Shown: positions 1-9,088 of the stretch, piece by piece | Numbering within the stretch: position 1 is the first letter of the stretch | Layout of the letters: each line of letters begins with the position of its first letter | DNA from: a virus | Taxonomy: Duplodnaviria; Heunggongvirae; Uroviricota; Caudoviricetes | Reading direction: 5' to 3' (one strand) | Length of the DNA: 20,004 nucleotides | IMG/VR virus record: IMGVR_UViG_2698536418_000005 | Notes under the pieces: generated by a model | What the model saw: only the letters and a program-made list of their open reading frames with translations | What the model was told of the DNA's origin: nothing | Database searches by the model: none | Made by a program: the position numbers and the translations under genes

Positions 1-1342
1 CGGTATCGGTAGCGACGTTGCTCGGCATGTTCTCAAGCTGCGACGCACCTGTAATTTGCTGAATAGCCGTTCCGGTGTACTGCAATAGCCCAGCAAGAGC
101 AGGAGGCATTTGTGTCGGAGGTGTCCAGCCAGCAACCTGAGCCTCTGAAATGACCGTTCCGTTTTTGTCCTTCTTGCTGGTCATGGGAAGAACTGCAGGT
201 CTTTTCTTATTCCTCTCTGCCCAGTGATTCATTAATGGACCGGGAATGAAATCAACATCCACGATAGGAATGCCATCGCCGCCAGCCTGAGTAGCGTTAT
301 CTGCAATCATGGAAACCATCAGGTTCTCAAGACGCTGTGCATCCATCGCTTTTGCTGCGTGGCCTTCGATTCGCTCCTGATTATCAACAAATGAACGACG
401 CCCATATACCGGGATGAGAGGAATATGTTCGCCCGGAATACGTTTCGGTTCTTCCAGCCATTCAGCGCCAGACAGAAGACCGCAATAAACTCGGCGTTTC
501 TTCACCGTTCGCTCGCCAATCAGTTCGAATGCACCATCGGTCAGCTCGTCGACAATATCTTTGATTTGCTCTTCATCATAAATTGCCGTTTCTCCGCTAA
601 CAGGGTTGCGCCACGCCGTGAGCTTCACCTTCTCTATGCGAACTTCGTAGTAGCGTCCAACATAGATGGCATCGGGCGTTGACCAGTCATACTGAGTACC
701 AGTGTCATCACGAGAAAGGCTTGCTGCGATGGAATCAGGGTATTCAGCCTCGAACGCTTTGGGCGTCATGGAGAACATTTCCATAGCCCACATGGCATCA
801 GAGCGGTCATATTGCTTGCTGTCCTGATCGAAGAAGACGCATGTCGCCGGGTCGTAAACAGGAAGAAGGCTGATGCGTCGCTGCTCGTTACTCGGATCCA
901 TTTCATCTTCGTAATCGGCACACATGCGGAAACAACCGAATCCGCCCGTTACGGCATCATCAAATGCGTTATCACACGCTTCGCCACCGGATGTTTCCTG
1001 ATAGTCAGCGCGGAATTTGCCGTTCATCTTTTCGGCTAACGCTTCCGATGCCTTATCGTCCTTAGGCCTGAATTTAACGCTGATGCGATTCTGTCGATAC
1101 TCGCCAATGATGCGATCACATTCACGGGCAATCTTATTCAGTTCAAAGCGCGGGTAATGCTCAAACCTGCCTTCATCAAATGAGTAACCAGCGTTTGTGC
1201 TGCCTTCCCACTGTGCGCCGGACACCCGGACGAAACGTTGAGCCTCAATAATCTGCTCACGCATATCCTTCGTTGCTGACCAGGCATTATCAAAGTTGCA
1301 CAGCACCTTGCGATGCCAGTCAGTCATCTTTTTTTCTGCCAT
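1..1342 (-). CDS. Probable portal protein, partial (C-terminus lies beyond the window edge)
   Basis: Open frame on minus strand starting ATG at 1342 (MAEKKMTDWHRKVL...) one nt after the terminase large subunit stop, running without a stop to position 1. Not in ORF track because it has no stop in the window. Portal call rests on position downstream of TerS-TerL; no motif recognised. Confidence 0.5.
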   Translation of the reverse strand, partial: MAEKKMTDWHRKVLCNFDNAWSATKDMREQIIEAQRFVRVSGAQWEGSTNAGYSFDEGRFEHYPRFELNKIARECDRIIGEYRQNRISVKFRPKDDKASEALAEKMNGKFRADYQETSGGEACDNAFDDAVTGGFGCFRMCADYEDEMDPSNEQRRISLLPVYDPATCVFFDQDSKQYDRSDAMWAMEMFSMTPKAFEAEYPDSIAASLSRDDTGTQYDWSTPDAIYVGRYYEVRIEKVKLTAWRNPVSGETAIYDEEQIKDIVDELTDGAFELIGERTVKKRRVYCGLLSGAEWLEEPKRIPGEHIPLIPVYGRRSFVDNQERIEGHAAKAMDAQRLENLMVSMIADNATQAGGDGIPIVDVDFIPGPLMNHWAERNKKRPAVLPMTSKKDKNGTVISEAQVAGWTPPTQMPPALAGLLQYTGTAIQQITGASQLENMPSNVATDT

Positions 1343-1343
1343 A

Positions 1344-2759
1344 TCAACCTACACCACAAGGAATTGAGTAACTGGAATAGTCGGGTTGCGAAGCCGACTC
1401 CGGGCAATGCATACACATCATCAGCGCATCAGCCAGGTTAGGAGATGGAATACCGAGCTTCTGCTTCATTTCGACCTTAGTCATAAGCTCCAGCTTCCCG
1501 TTATTATTGAATTTGCGCTGAATCTGCGTCAGTTCTGCAAACAGCTTCTCCAGCATCTTCTCGCCTATCACTTCTTTGTCGAAACTCAGCATGTCGTCGG
1601 GGTCTGCATACTCACCGTGGACAACCGCCCGATATGTCAGATACAGCCTGTCAGCCAGCGCGTAATAGAATTGCGCTCGCTTATTGCGGAATACATCGCC
1701 AATAGTACGAACGTTGTCGCCCTGTACGACTTCATCGGCCCATGCTCCGGCCTGATATGGTGCATCTTCATCGAATGGCGATTCGCTGCCCTTGAACATC
1801 GTGGCGGTGATTTTCTTGCCGGAGAACGCTTCCGTTGTCTGTCTGCGTAGCCCCGCACCAACACCATCACCATCCCACAGGTAATGGTCAGCGCCGTCTT
1901 CAATCGCCAGCGAAGTAGCCCAGTCAGCACCATCGTTGATGTCCATCAGCAGACCTTCGGCAATGCGCTTAACCACCGAACCGTGACGCGATGCGTAACC
2001 TTTAGCATCCGGCCCTGTATCTGACGGGTCATGTGCAGAAACAACCGCGCCTTTCGCTTTCCATCCGAGTTTCTTGTGCGCATCGGTTGCGGCTTCAAGC
2101 CATTCACGTTTGATGATTGCCATATCACTTGCGCTTACTGGCTCACCAAGCCAGATGTGACGATACAGTGTCGGATTTCTGCGTTTGCACTCTTCCATCT
2201 CCAGACGGAGAACTTCAGGAAAGTGCGGGTTGTCGGTGTAGTTCACCGTCAGCAGACAAATATCATCAGGAGGGTTTACGACGAATCGCTGATAGGTATC
2301 GTCGAGGATGTTTTTCGGGTTGAAGCTCACCCATATTTCAGAGAACGGCTTACGGATGGTTGGTATCAGGATATCCCACGATTCCTTTGTTACCGCTTCC
2401 GCTTCTTCCACCCAGCAGATATCAATACCTTCTAGCGATTTAATCTTCGTCGGGTTGTTTTTGATGCCGTAGAACATGAATTCAGCATTCGTTCCGAGAT
2501 GACGAATCATTGAACGCTGAATTTCAAACTCAGCCGAATACCCTTCACGCTCGATGGTATCTTCAAGCAACCGGATTACCGAATCGCTGATACTGTTTTG
2601 CAGTTCACGAGCGCAGAGAATACGCACTGGCTGCCGACGCACCGCTTCAACAAGCAGTCTCGCGATTGCCCATGACTTACCGCTACCTCGACCGCCTTTG
2701 GCGACTTTGTAGCGATGCGCCTCAATGAACGGTTCAAAGATAGGATTAATCGAGGTCAT
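1344..2759 (-). CDS. Terminase large subunit (PBSX/Terminase_3-like)
   Basis: 471 aa ORF; Walker A-like KGGRGSGKS near N-terminus, acidic nuclease-type C-terminal half; start overlaps upstream small-subunit stop (ATGA). Confidence 0.9.
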   Translation of the reverse strand: MTSINPIFEPFIEAHRYKVAKGGRGSGKSWAIARLLVEAVRRQPVRILCARELQNSISDSVIRLLEDTIEREGYSAEFEIQRSMIRHLGTNAEFMFYGIKNNPTKIKSLEGIDICWVEEAEAVTKESWDILIPTIRKPFSEIWVSFNPKNILDDTYQRFVVNPPDDICLLTVNYTDNPHFPEVLRLEMEECKRRNPTLYRHIWLGEPVSASDMAIIKREWLEAATDAHKKLGWKAKGAVVSAHDPSDTGPDAKGYASRHGSVVKRIAEGLLMDINDGADWATSLAIEDGADHYLWDGDGVGAGLRRQTTEAFSGKKITATMFKGSESPFDEDAPYQAGAWADEVVQGDNVRTIGDVFRNKRAQFYYALADRLYLTYRAVVHGEYADPDDMLSFDKEVIGEKMLEKLFAELTQIQRKFNNNGKLELMTKVEMKQKLGIPSPNLADALMMCMHCPESASQPDYSSYSIPCGVG

Positions 2760-3196
2760 TTTCCGAATAGAGTGCTCATCGGTGATGTTTCAATCTGAAT
2801 TGCGCCGCCGTCTTTGCCTGTTAGCTCGTGATCAACCTTGTCGCGCCATTTATCCTTCTGTCGGTTCTTAAGCCAGAAAATGGCAGCGGTTGTATCAGGC
2901 GGGTAATACTTCTCAAGCGGAGTTTCGACAATTCTGTTTTCAATAACACGAATATCGATATCTGGAGCCACGAAGCCCATAGCGCGTTGATAAAGACGAT
3001 CACTAACTTCTGCATCAGCGACGGCCTTACCCTTTTTTATGGACTCCGAAAACTTAGGATAATCAAGCTTCCACTTGTTAATAGTTGACTCACTGACTTC
3101 GAAGAAATCAGCAAGCTCTGCATCGGTGTAGCCCAGCAAGCACAGTTTGCGTGCCTGTTCGGCGTACGCCTCTTGATACTTTGTTGGGCGCGCCAT
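2756..3196 (-). CDS. Terminase small subunit (HTH-containing)
   Basis: 146 aa ORF immediately upstream of and overlapping TerL; N-terminal HTH-like segment (PTKYQEAYAEQARKLCLLGYTDAELADFFEVSESTINKW). Confidence 0.75.
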   Translation of the reverse strand: MARPTKYQEAYAEQARKLCLLGYTDAELADFFEVSESTINKWKLDYPKFSESIKKGKAVADAEVSDRLYQRAMGFVAPDIDIRVIENRIVETPLEKYYPPDTTAAIFWLKNRQKDKWRDKVDHELTGKDGGAIQIETSPMSTLFGK

Positions 3197-3198
3197 GT

Positions 3199-3441
3199 TT
3201 ATGCTCCGGTAGTGAACAGGTCTAACGCTTCCTTCGATTTACGCACCGCTTCGATTGTGCGGGTCGTGATATCTGAATTAGCGCCGCCTGACTGGAAGTG
3301 AATTTTGAATAGCTCAAGCTTCAACTCGTCAGTGCCGATGAATTGAAATGCTTCTTCTGCGGCTGCGTTCTGGTTCATGACCAGTTTGTAAATCTCTAAC
3401 TGGAATTTCTGTTCTTCAGTCATGGGAATAATCTCTGCCAT
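3199..3441 (-). CDS. Hypothetical protein (80 aa) upstream of terminase genes
   Basis: ORF with GGAG RBS about 8 nt upstream of ATG, tightly packed 2 nt before TerS; no recognisable motif. Confidence 0.5.
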   Translation of the reverse strand: MAEIIPMTEEQKFQLEIYKLVMNQNAAAEEAFQFIGTDELKLELFKIHFQSGGANSDITTRTIEAVRKSKEALDLFTTGA

Positions 3442-3798
3442 TATTGGCTCCGTTTATCCGTTAAAAGGGATATCAGTTAAGTTATCCCGTGTAGGGTATA
3501 AGCCATTGTCGAGACCACTCATTGAATGGTCTCTGCAATAACCGATGTCTTTCCATCAGTCCGCCACCACAAAGAATCTTTTTTGCCATAAGGCTGGAGG
3601 TTCATCTTTCAGTGGCTGCCAGTGTTATTTCCCCACTTACTGGCTTGGGTTGTTTCGCTGTACTGCCGTAACTGGTTACCCAGAATAAATTCCGGTTTCA
3701 TTATCAAGCCCACCCGTAGATGGGCTTTGTAATGGATAGCCGTTGCTCAGTTCTCGTAATGCTTTGATTTTTCCGATAACGCAGTTTTGCGTTTGCCA

Positions 3799-4320
3799 TC
3801 AGCACGCGATATCGAGAGTCAACTGCAGTTGCTCGCGCCAGTACTCAACATTTGCTTCAATAACCGGCTTATCCCATCGCCAGCGAGCCATCTCTCTTGC
3901 CCCATTGCTGGCTTTTGATTTCCGGTCATCGCGAATGCGACATGCTTGCTCATATTTCTGCTGCTCAGTCAGTTCACCGCGAAGCAGACTATCAATGTGC
4001 AGGTCGCACCATACGGAGAATTTCGGATCGCACCATCTTGCAAAGGCAACTGATAACTTTGGATGCAGCCATGTTCCGCCGCCCCTGTCCTTTCGTGCCT
4101 TGCTTGTTTTTACATACCCGGAATCACGGGTATGTAGAATTTTCGATGGTTCACCTGAATAAACCTCATCCAGAGCTCTAACGTATTCGAGAGTTTCAGC
4201 ATTGGACAACCAGTGATCCAGACGCTTCCCGAAACGTTTTGCAATATCAGTGGCATTAATCCAGCCATCAGTATTGAAGCGGATAGGTTCGCCTTTGTAA
4301 TTTAGTGGAACGATATTCAT
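3799..4320 (-). CDS. KilA-N domain protein
   Basis: 173 aa ORF; N-terminal region has the KilA-N/APSES-like pattern (INATDIAKRFGKRLDHWL ... GTWLHPKLSVAFARWCDPKFSVW). Confidence 0.7.
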   Translation of the reverse strand: MNIVPLNYKGEPIRFNTDGWINATDIAKRFGKRLDHWLSNAETLEYVRALDEVYSGEPSKILHTRDSGYVKTSKARKDRGGGTWLHPKLSVAFARWCDPKFSVWCDLHIDSLLRGELTEQQKYEQACRIRDDRKSKASNGAREMARWRWDKPVIEANVEYWREQLQLTLDIAC

Positions 4321-4664
4321 AGCGTCTTACCTTTTAGAAAGATGAGCCTGTTCGCACAGAAAAGCCGCCCCGAGATGGTCGCCACCATATACGGCAGTTC
4401 TCAGGCTCAGCTTTCTGAAAGACTCGGGATTGTTACGCGCTGCGATGCGCGGTTTACTGCAGATGTAAAAAAGCCCCGCTAATGCGAGGCTAAATCCTGG
4501 TATTTGTAATGACTGGCTCTTATCTCAACGCAGCCCCTTACCGCGCGCCAGATGCTCAATATCAAGCATCAGCAATGAGATGTTTAATCTGGATTCACTC
4601 CAGAAGTGATCACCACCCTGTCTACAGAGCCAGATGTGAAGGATGATGAGTAAAATTATCGCTA

Positions 4665-5102
4665 TCATCGAAGGCATTGCGTCCTGATGTATTCCTGCAA
4701 GTAGTTAACCTGCGCGGTTATCTTGTCGATTCCACTTCGGAGACGGTAATAATTGAGTTCAGCATCTGCTGTAAGTCTTGGGCTTTCTCCATCGCCCATG
4801 CCGCTGGCTCCGGTCGTTGACTTTGCACAGGTGGCGGCGACTTGCAGGCGCTTACGCCCAGCAGAAACATCAGCACGGAGACTTTCGATAGTCGCGTTAG
4901 CATCAGCAAGCTCCTTTGTGTATCTGGCGTCAAGTTCTGCTACATCACGTTGACGCTTCTGCATATCAGCGATGATGGACGTGGCTTTATCGCGCTGCTC
5001 TTTGTAGGCGATGGCGTTATCACGGTAGTGATTAACAGCCCATGACAGGCAAACGATGATGCAGATAACCAGAGCGGAGATAATCGCGGTTACTCTGCTC
5101 AT
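4665..5102 (-). CDS. Rz: Rz-like i-spanin (lambda-like N-terminus, divergent C-terminus)
   Basis: 145 aa ORF; start overlaps R stop (ATGA); N-terminal TM segment [31 protein letters not shown] matches lambda Rz as recalled, remainder diverges. Confidence 0.8.
   Translation of the reverse strand: MSRVTAIISALVICIIVCLSWAVNHYRDNAIAYKEQRDKATSIIADMQKRQRDVAELDARYTKELADANATIESLRADVSAGRKRLQVAATCAKSTTGASGMGDGESPRLTADAELNYYRLRSGIDKITAQVNYLQEYIRTQCLR
4718..4903 (-). CDS. Rz1: Rz1-like o-spanin lipoprotein embedded in Rz (+1 frame)
   Basis: 61 aa ORF from internal Met of track ORF 4718..4933; signal-like segment with lipobox-like VSAC followed by Pro-rich stretch; fully nested inside Rz as in lambda. 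Confidence 0.65.
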   Translation of the reverse strand: MLTRLSKVSVLMFLLGVSACKSPPPVQSQRPEPAAWAMEKAQDLQQMLNSIITVSEVESTR

Positions 5103-5575
5103 ACCTCAATCTCTCTGACCGTTCCGCCCGCTTCTTTGAATTTTGCAATCAGGCTGTCAGCCTTATGCTCGAACTGACCATAACCAGCGCCCGGAAGTGA
5201 AGCCCAGATATTGCTGCAACGGTCGATAGCCTGACGAATATCACCGCGATCAATCATCGGTAAAGCGCCACGCTCTTTAATCTGTTGCAGTGCCACAGCG
5301 TCCTGGCTTTTCGGAGAGAAGTCTTTCAGGCCAAGCTGCTTACGATAGGCATCCCACCAACGGGAAAGAAGCTGGTAACGTCCGGCTGCTGTTGATTTGA
5401 GTTTGGGGTTTAGCGTGACAAGTTTGCGAGGGTGATCGGAGTAATCAGTGAATAGCTCTCCGCCAACAATGACGTCATAACCATGATTTCTGGTTTTCTG
5501 TCGTCCGTTATCTGTTCCCTCTGACCACGCCAGCATATCGAGGAACGCCTTACGTTGATTATTGATTTCCACCAT
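5099..5575 (-). CDS. R: Endolysin R (lytic transglycosylase), lambda R-like
   Basis: 158 aa; sequence [39 protein letters not shown]... matches lambda R from memory; overlaps S by 17 nt as in lambda. Confidence 0.95.
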   Translation of the reverse strand: MVEINNQRKAFLDMLAWSEGTDNGRQKTRNHGYDVIVGGELFTDYSDHPRKLVTLNPKLKSTAAGRYQLLSRWWDAYRKQLGLKDFSPKSQDAVALQQIKERGALPMIDRGDIRQAIDRCSNIWASLPGAGYGQFEHKADSLIAKFKEAGGTVREIEV

Positions 5576-5882
5576 CTTCTACTCCGGCTTTTTTAGCAGC
5601 GAAGCGTTTGATAAGCGAACCAATCGAGTCAGTGCCGATGTAGCCGATGAACACGCTCGTTATATAAGCGAGATTGCTACTTAGTCCGGCGAAGTCGAGA
5701 AGGTCACGAATGAACCAGGCGATAATGGCGCACATCGTTGCGTCGATTACTGTTTTTGTAAACGCACCGCCATTATATCTGCCGCGAAGGTACGCCATTG
5801 CAAACGCAAGGATTGCCCCGATGCCTTGTTCCTTTGCCGCGAGAATGGCGGCTAACAGGTCATGTTTTTCTGGCATCTTCAT
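5559..5882 (-). CDS. S: Holin/antiholin S (dual-start S107/S105), lambda S-like
   Basis: 107 aa; Met1-Lys2-Met3 dual-start motif ([10 protein letters not shown]...), three hydrophobic segments; matches lambda S from memory. Confidence 0.95.
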   Translation of the reverse strand: MKMPEKHDLLAAILAAKEQGIGAILAFAMAYLRGRYNGGAFTKTVIDATMCAIIAWFIRDLLDFAGLSSNLAYITSVFIGYIGTDSIGSLIKRFAAKKAGVEDGGNQ

Positions 5883-6298
5883 GTCTTACCCCCAATAAGG
5901 GGATTTGCTCTATTTAATTAGGAATAAGGTCGATTACTGATAGAACAAATCCAGGCTACTGTGTTTAGTAATCAGATTTGTTCGTGACCGATATGCACGG
6001 GCAAAACGGCAGGAGGTTGTTAGCGCAGCCTCATGCCACCCGCTTTCACGAAGGTCATGCGTAGAAGGCCGCAGCATAACTATCACTGATGAGTTCAGGA
6101 TAGCCAGTGGCTACGGCTCAGTTTGGGTTGTGCTGTTGCTGGGCGGCGATGACGCCTGTACGCATTTGGTGATCCGGTTCTGCTTCCGGTATTCGCTTAA
6201 TTCAGCACAACGGAAAGAGCATTTATGGCTCGCATCGCGGGAAAAAGCCCACGGTAGAGAGTCGAACTCTACAAATGATCTTACCTGTTGCACAGACA

Positions 6299-6360
6299 TA
6301 AAAAATCCCGAAACCGTTATGCAGGCTCTAACTATTACCTGCGAACTGTTTCGGGATTGC
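6299..6360 (-). terminator. tR'-like rho-independent terminator
   Basis: On minus strand: TCCCGAAAC...GTTTCGGGA stem followed by TTTTTTAT; matches lambda tR' as recalled. Confidence 0.75.
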
Positions 6361-6491
6361 ATTTTGCAGACCTCTCAGCCTGCGATGGTTGGAGTTCCAG
6401 ACGATACGTCGAAGTGACCAACTAGGCGGAATCGGGAGTAAGAGCCGCCTCTTTTCATCTCACTACCACAACGAGCGAATTAACCCATCGT
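6299..6491 (-). ncRNA. 6S-like PR' leader transcript (qut-dependent late leader RNA)
   Basis: About 193 nt from predicted PR' start (ACGATGGG...) to tR'; sequence closely resembles the lambda 6S RNA region as recalled. Confidence 0.65.
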
Positions 6492-6498
6492 TGAGTCA

Positions 6499-6527
6499 AA
6501 TTTACCCAACTTTATTCAAAAAGTCAA
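6499..6527 (-). promoter_or_regulatory. Late promoter PR' with qut site
   Basis: Minus-strand TTGACT -35, 17-nt spacer, TAAATT -10, immediately downstream of Q; lambda PR' arrangement. Confidence 0.7.
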
Positions 6528-6569
6528 TATTATGCCGTTAATATGTTGCCATCCGTGGCAATCATGCTG

Positions 6570-7193
6570 CTAACGTGTGACCGCATTCAAAATATTGTCT
6601 GCGATTGACTCTTCCTTGTGGCATTGCACCGCCAGAGCGTCATACAGCGGCTTAACAGTGCGTGACCAGGTGGGTTGAGTAAGGTTTGGGATTAGCATCG
6701 TTACAGCGCGATATGCGGCGCTTGCTGGCATCCTTGAATAGCCGACGCCTTTGCATCTTCCGCACTCTTTCTCAACAACTCTCCCCCACTGCTCCGTTTT
6801 GGCTATATCAACCGCACGGCCTGTACCGTGACAATCTCTGCATCTTGCTCCCGGCGTCGCAGCACTACGGCAATAATCCGCATAAGCGAATGTTGCGAGC
6901 ACTTGCAGTACCTTTGCCTTAGTATTTCCTTCGAGCTTTGCCACACCACGGTATTTCCCCGATACCTTGTGTGCAAATTGCATCAGATAGTTGATAGCCT
7001 TTTGTTTGTCGTTCTGGCTGAGTTCATGCTTACCGCAGAATGCAGCCATTCCGAATCCGGCTTGTGATTGCGCCATCCCCATAGCAGCCATCACATCAGT
7101 ACCGGAAAGAGAGTCAGAAGCCGTAGCCCGTGGTGAGTCGCTCATCATCGGGCTTTTTGGCGAATGAAATTTAGCTACGCTTTCGAGTCTCAT
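6570..7193 (-). CDS. Q: Late antiterminator Q, lambda Q-like
   Basis: 207 aa; MRLESVAKFHSPKSPMMSDSPRATASD... with Cys-rich Zn-binding segment (CRDCHGTGR...CGRCKG); matches lambda Q from memory. Confidence 0.9.
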   Translation of the reverse strand: MRLESVAKFHSPKSPMMSDSPRATASDSLSGTDVMAAMGMAQSQAGFGMAAFCGKHELSQNDKQKAINYLMQFAHKVSGKYRGVAKLEGNTKAKVLQVLATFAYADYCRSAATPGARCRDCHGTGRAVDIAKTEQWGRVVEKECGRCKGVGYSRMPASAAYRAVTMLIPNLTQPTWSRTVKPLYDALAVQCHKEESIADNILNAVTR

Positions 7194-7306
7194 GGCCTTC
7201 CCCTTTTGCCCTGTTTGACCATCAGGACGCCGTTAACTATTACGTGACGCTCGCCTTTGCTGTCTCGGTTGTACTTGAGCACTGTTCCTCTTGCGCAGGA
7301 AAGCAT
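7190..7306 (-). CDS. Possible small ORF (38 aa) between rusA and Q
   Basis: ATG..TGA frame whose stop overlaps the Q start (ATGA); poor SD spacing; below ORF-track size cutoff. Weak. Confidence 0.25.
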   Translation of the reverse strand: MLSCARGTVLKYNRDSKGERHVIVNGVLMVKQGKRGRP

Positions 7307-7374
7307 CCTTGCCACTTCGGTCTGATTGCCTCGTGTCTAGATAAGAAGCTCTGGTATCGTTTGAATTGTGGCGT

Positions 7375-7737
7375 TCATACGTTCTCCAGTTCGGTGATTT
7401 TTATTCCAAGCCTTCCGCCTGGTACTTTCACGCCACGAATTACGCGAATGTCATCGAATTGCTCGTCGTCTTCCGCAAATCCGGCGTGGATAAGGGAGTC
7501 GAGTAAACCTTTCAGGATGTTATCGAGGTCGCGGCGGCGGGAGTCTGGAACGTCTGCGATGACTTTGATACGGAGTCGTGATTTGGTGAAAATGTCTAAC
7601 TTGAGTTGGCGGATGATTTGCTGAACGTCTTTTCGGTATTTCTGGCCTTTATCGCTGATGTAGTATTGGCTTCCCCGTCTTCGCCAGTAGGTGTTCACCG
7701 ACGGCGGGTAAGGAAGCACAAACTGATATTCTTTCAT
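7375..7737 (-). CDS. rusA: Holliday junction resolvase RusA
   Basis: 120 aa; RusA-type sequence with RRRDLDN motif (MKEYQFVLPYPPSVNTYWRRRG...DSRRRDLDNILK). Confidence 0.9.
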   Translation of the reverse strand: MKEYQFVLPYPPSVNTYWRRRGSQYYISDKGQKYRKDVQQIIRQLKLDIFTKSRLRIKVIADVPDSRRRDLDNILKGLLDSLIHAGFAEDDEQFDDIRVIRGVKVPGGRLGIKITELENV

Positions 7738-8024
7738 GGCTTAATCTTCCCCTCCTTCAGCAGGATCGCCTGCGTCCTGATCACGCCTTCGAGGTGATAA
7801 AGTCTGGCGTCTTTGTTGTCGAGATTATGGGTGCGTCGGTCGATTTCATCGTGACACGCGCTACAAGCCCATGCGCCGATCAGGTCGTCAGGCTTCATTC
7901 CAGTTCCGCAAATTCCAGCCATCCGGTAATGTGCCAGAACTGTAGTTTCAGGATTGCCATTGCATACGCCGTAAATACGTACCTGGCATTCTCTGCCGCG
8001 CGCTTCTTTGCGTAGGTTAGCCAT
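7734..8024 (-). CDS. YbcO/DUF1364-like Cys-rich protein (putative nuclease)
   Basis: 96 aa; Cys/His-rich (CQVRIYGVCNG...CSACHDEID); resembles DLP12 ybcO-type proteins that sit next to rusA; overlaps rusA start (ATGA). Confidence 0.6.
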   Translation of the reverse strand: MANLRKEARGRECQVRIYGVCNGNPETTVLAHYRMAGICGTGMKPDDLIGAWACSACHDEIDRRTHNLDNKDARLYHLEGVIRTQAILLKEGKIKP

Positions 8025-8746
8025 TAAGCAGCCTCCCCTGTTACTTTCAGCATTCTGTTATCGAGCAGCTTTCTGGTCAGCCACTGTTGACCACGCCCGG
8101 TGATTTTTGTGGTGAACGATATCTGTATTCCGTGATTTGTGTTGACCGCTGTTTCTTTCACTGTGAAATAGCCGCGCTCCATATATTCCTGCATTGGCAC
8201 ATTGCGCCGGGAACCTGAAGCAATAAGGATTTTGTGATCGCGCATCCACGCAAACAGTTTGTTTGGACCAATTCCAACAACCTTTGCAAAGTTTCCAATC
8301 AAAATTCCGCTGGCCTCGCCAACGCGATCGGCAAACTCAACTTTAGGTGCGACAATTGCGAGCTGGTTTTCCAGTTGCATTTTCTGCTCAGCAAGATCGG
8401 CAGCAAGGCGCAACGCTTCCGGTAGCGTTTTGGGGATATTAACCGCAGCTTCTTCAAGATCTCGCCAGCGGTCAACAAGGCGAGCGGTGAACTCTGGCGA
8501 CAACTGGGCAACAACGACAATACTGTCTCGCTTACCTTGTTCGCCCTCGAAGACGTAATGCTCGTACTGAACATTGAACCCTAAGTTATTGATTCTTTCG
8601 GAAACCTCAATTTGAGGAAGCCGGATAACACCATTTTTAGCCAGCGTTTCTATGGTACGTTTCACATTGTCATGGCGCTTACCCACCAACTCAGCGATTT
8701 CAATGCTTGTCATTTTGATGGCATTGCCATTTATTAACTCATTCAT
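8024..8746 (-). CDS. Rha-family regulator / antirepressor (Rha N-domain + KilAC-like C-domain)
   Basis: 240 aa; N-terminal Rha-like segment (TSIEIAELVGKRHDNVKRTIETL), C-terminal antirepressor-like region; GAGGAAG RBS. Confidence 0.7.
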   Translation of the reverse strand: MNELINGNAIKMTSIEIAELVGKRHDNVKRTIETLAKNGVIRLPQIEVSERINNLGFNVQYEHYVFEGEQGKRDSIVVVAQLSPEFTARLVDRWRDLEEAAVNIPKTLPEALRLAADLAEQKMQLENQLAIVAPKVEFADRVGEASGILIGNFAKVVGIGPNKLFAWMRDHKILIASGSRRNVPMQEYMERGYFTVKETAVNTNHGIQISFTTKITGRGQQWLTRKLLDNRMLKVTGEAA

Positions 8747-8909
8747 CGTCTTCTTCCTCGTACATTGAGCTATTCGGATCGCTCATCAGTTCTGCGCAGC
8801 AATCGGAGCACACGTGAACTTCCAGCACATGCAGCTTCTGACCGCAGTTAGCGCACGTTAAAGCTCGCTCGACACTTCCTTGTTCGTAACTTCGATTTTG
8901 GTCAATCAC
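8739..8909 (-). CDS. Possible small Zn-ribbon protein (56 aa, GTG start), NinD-position
   Basis: Frame [41 protein letters not shown]...EEEDDE; start overlaps NinE stop, stop overlaps next gene start; below track cutoff. Confidence 0.35.
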   Translation of the reverse strand: MIDQNRSYEQGSVERALTCANCGQKLHVLEVHVCSDCCAELMSDPNSSMYEEEDDE

Positions 8910-9088
8910 CTTGTTTTCCTCGCACGTTCTCTAAGCCACCGGATATCCCACAGGTGAGCCGTGTAGTTGAAGGTTTTTACGTCAGATTCTTTTGGGATTG
9001 GCTTGCGTTTATTTCTGGAGCGTTTCGTTGGAAGGTATTTGCAGTTTTCGCAGATTATGTCGGTGATACTTCGTTGCTGTCGCCTCAT
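8906..9088 (-). CDS. ninE: NinE
   Basis: 60 aa from internal Met of track ORF 8906..9178 ([32 protein letters not shown]...), matching lambda NinE as recalled; ATGA overlap with upstream methyltransferase. Confidence 0.8.
   Translation of the reverse strand: MRRQQRSITDIICENCKYLPTKRSRNKRKPIPKESDVKTFNYTAHLWDIRWLRERARKTR

Noticed and set aside
425-1039. Plus-strand ORFs of 85 and 75 aa
   Set aside because: Antisense to the long open minus-strand frame interpreted as the portal gene.
1386-2435. Plus-strand ORFs (154, 134, 68 aa) and minus-strand 98/60 aa ORFs inside the terminase large subunit gene
   Set aside because: Antisense or alternate-frame to a well-supported 471-aa terminase CDS; no RBS; typical spurious frames.
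3743-4181. Plus-strand ORFs of 139 and 94 aa
   Set aside because: Antisense to the KilA-N CDS, Cys/Ser/Arg-rich low-complexity translations, no RBS.
4600-4740. Apparent 1-nt disagreement between ORF-track ends (Rz 4665, Rz1 4718) and stop codons counted from the printed line labels
   Set aside because: Attributed to a counting or formatting issue in reading the printed sequence, not a biological frameshift: the translated proteins are continuous. Track coordinates were used.
5883-6569. Possible tRNA gene or coding ORFs (6111..6362 minus, 6130..6417 plus) between Q and S
   Set aside because: The region reads as the lambda PR'-qut-6S-tR' leader and the long untranslated stretch before S; no cloverleaf-like structure seen; the ORFs overlap tR' and lack RBS.
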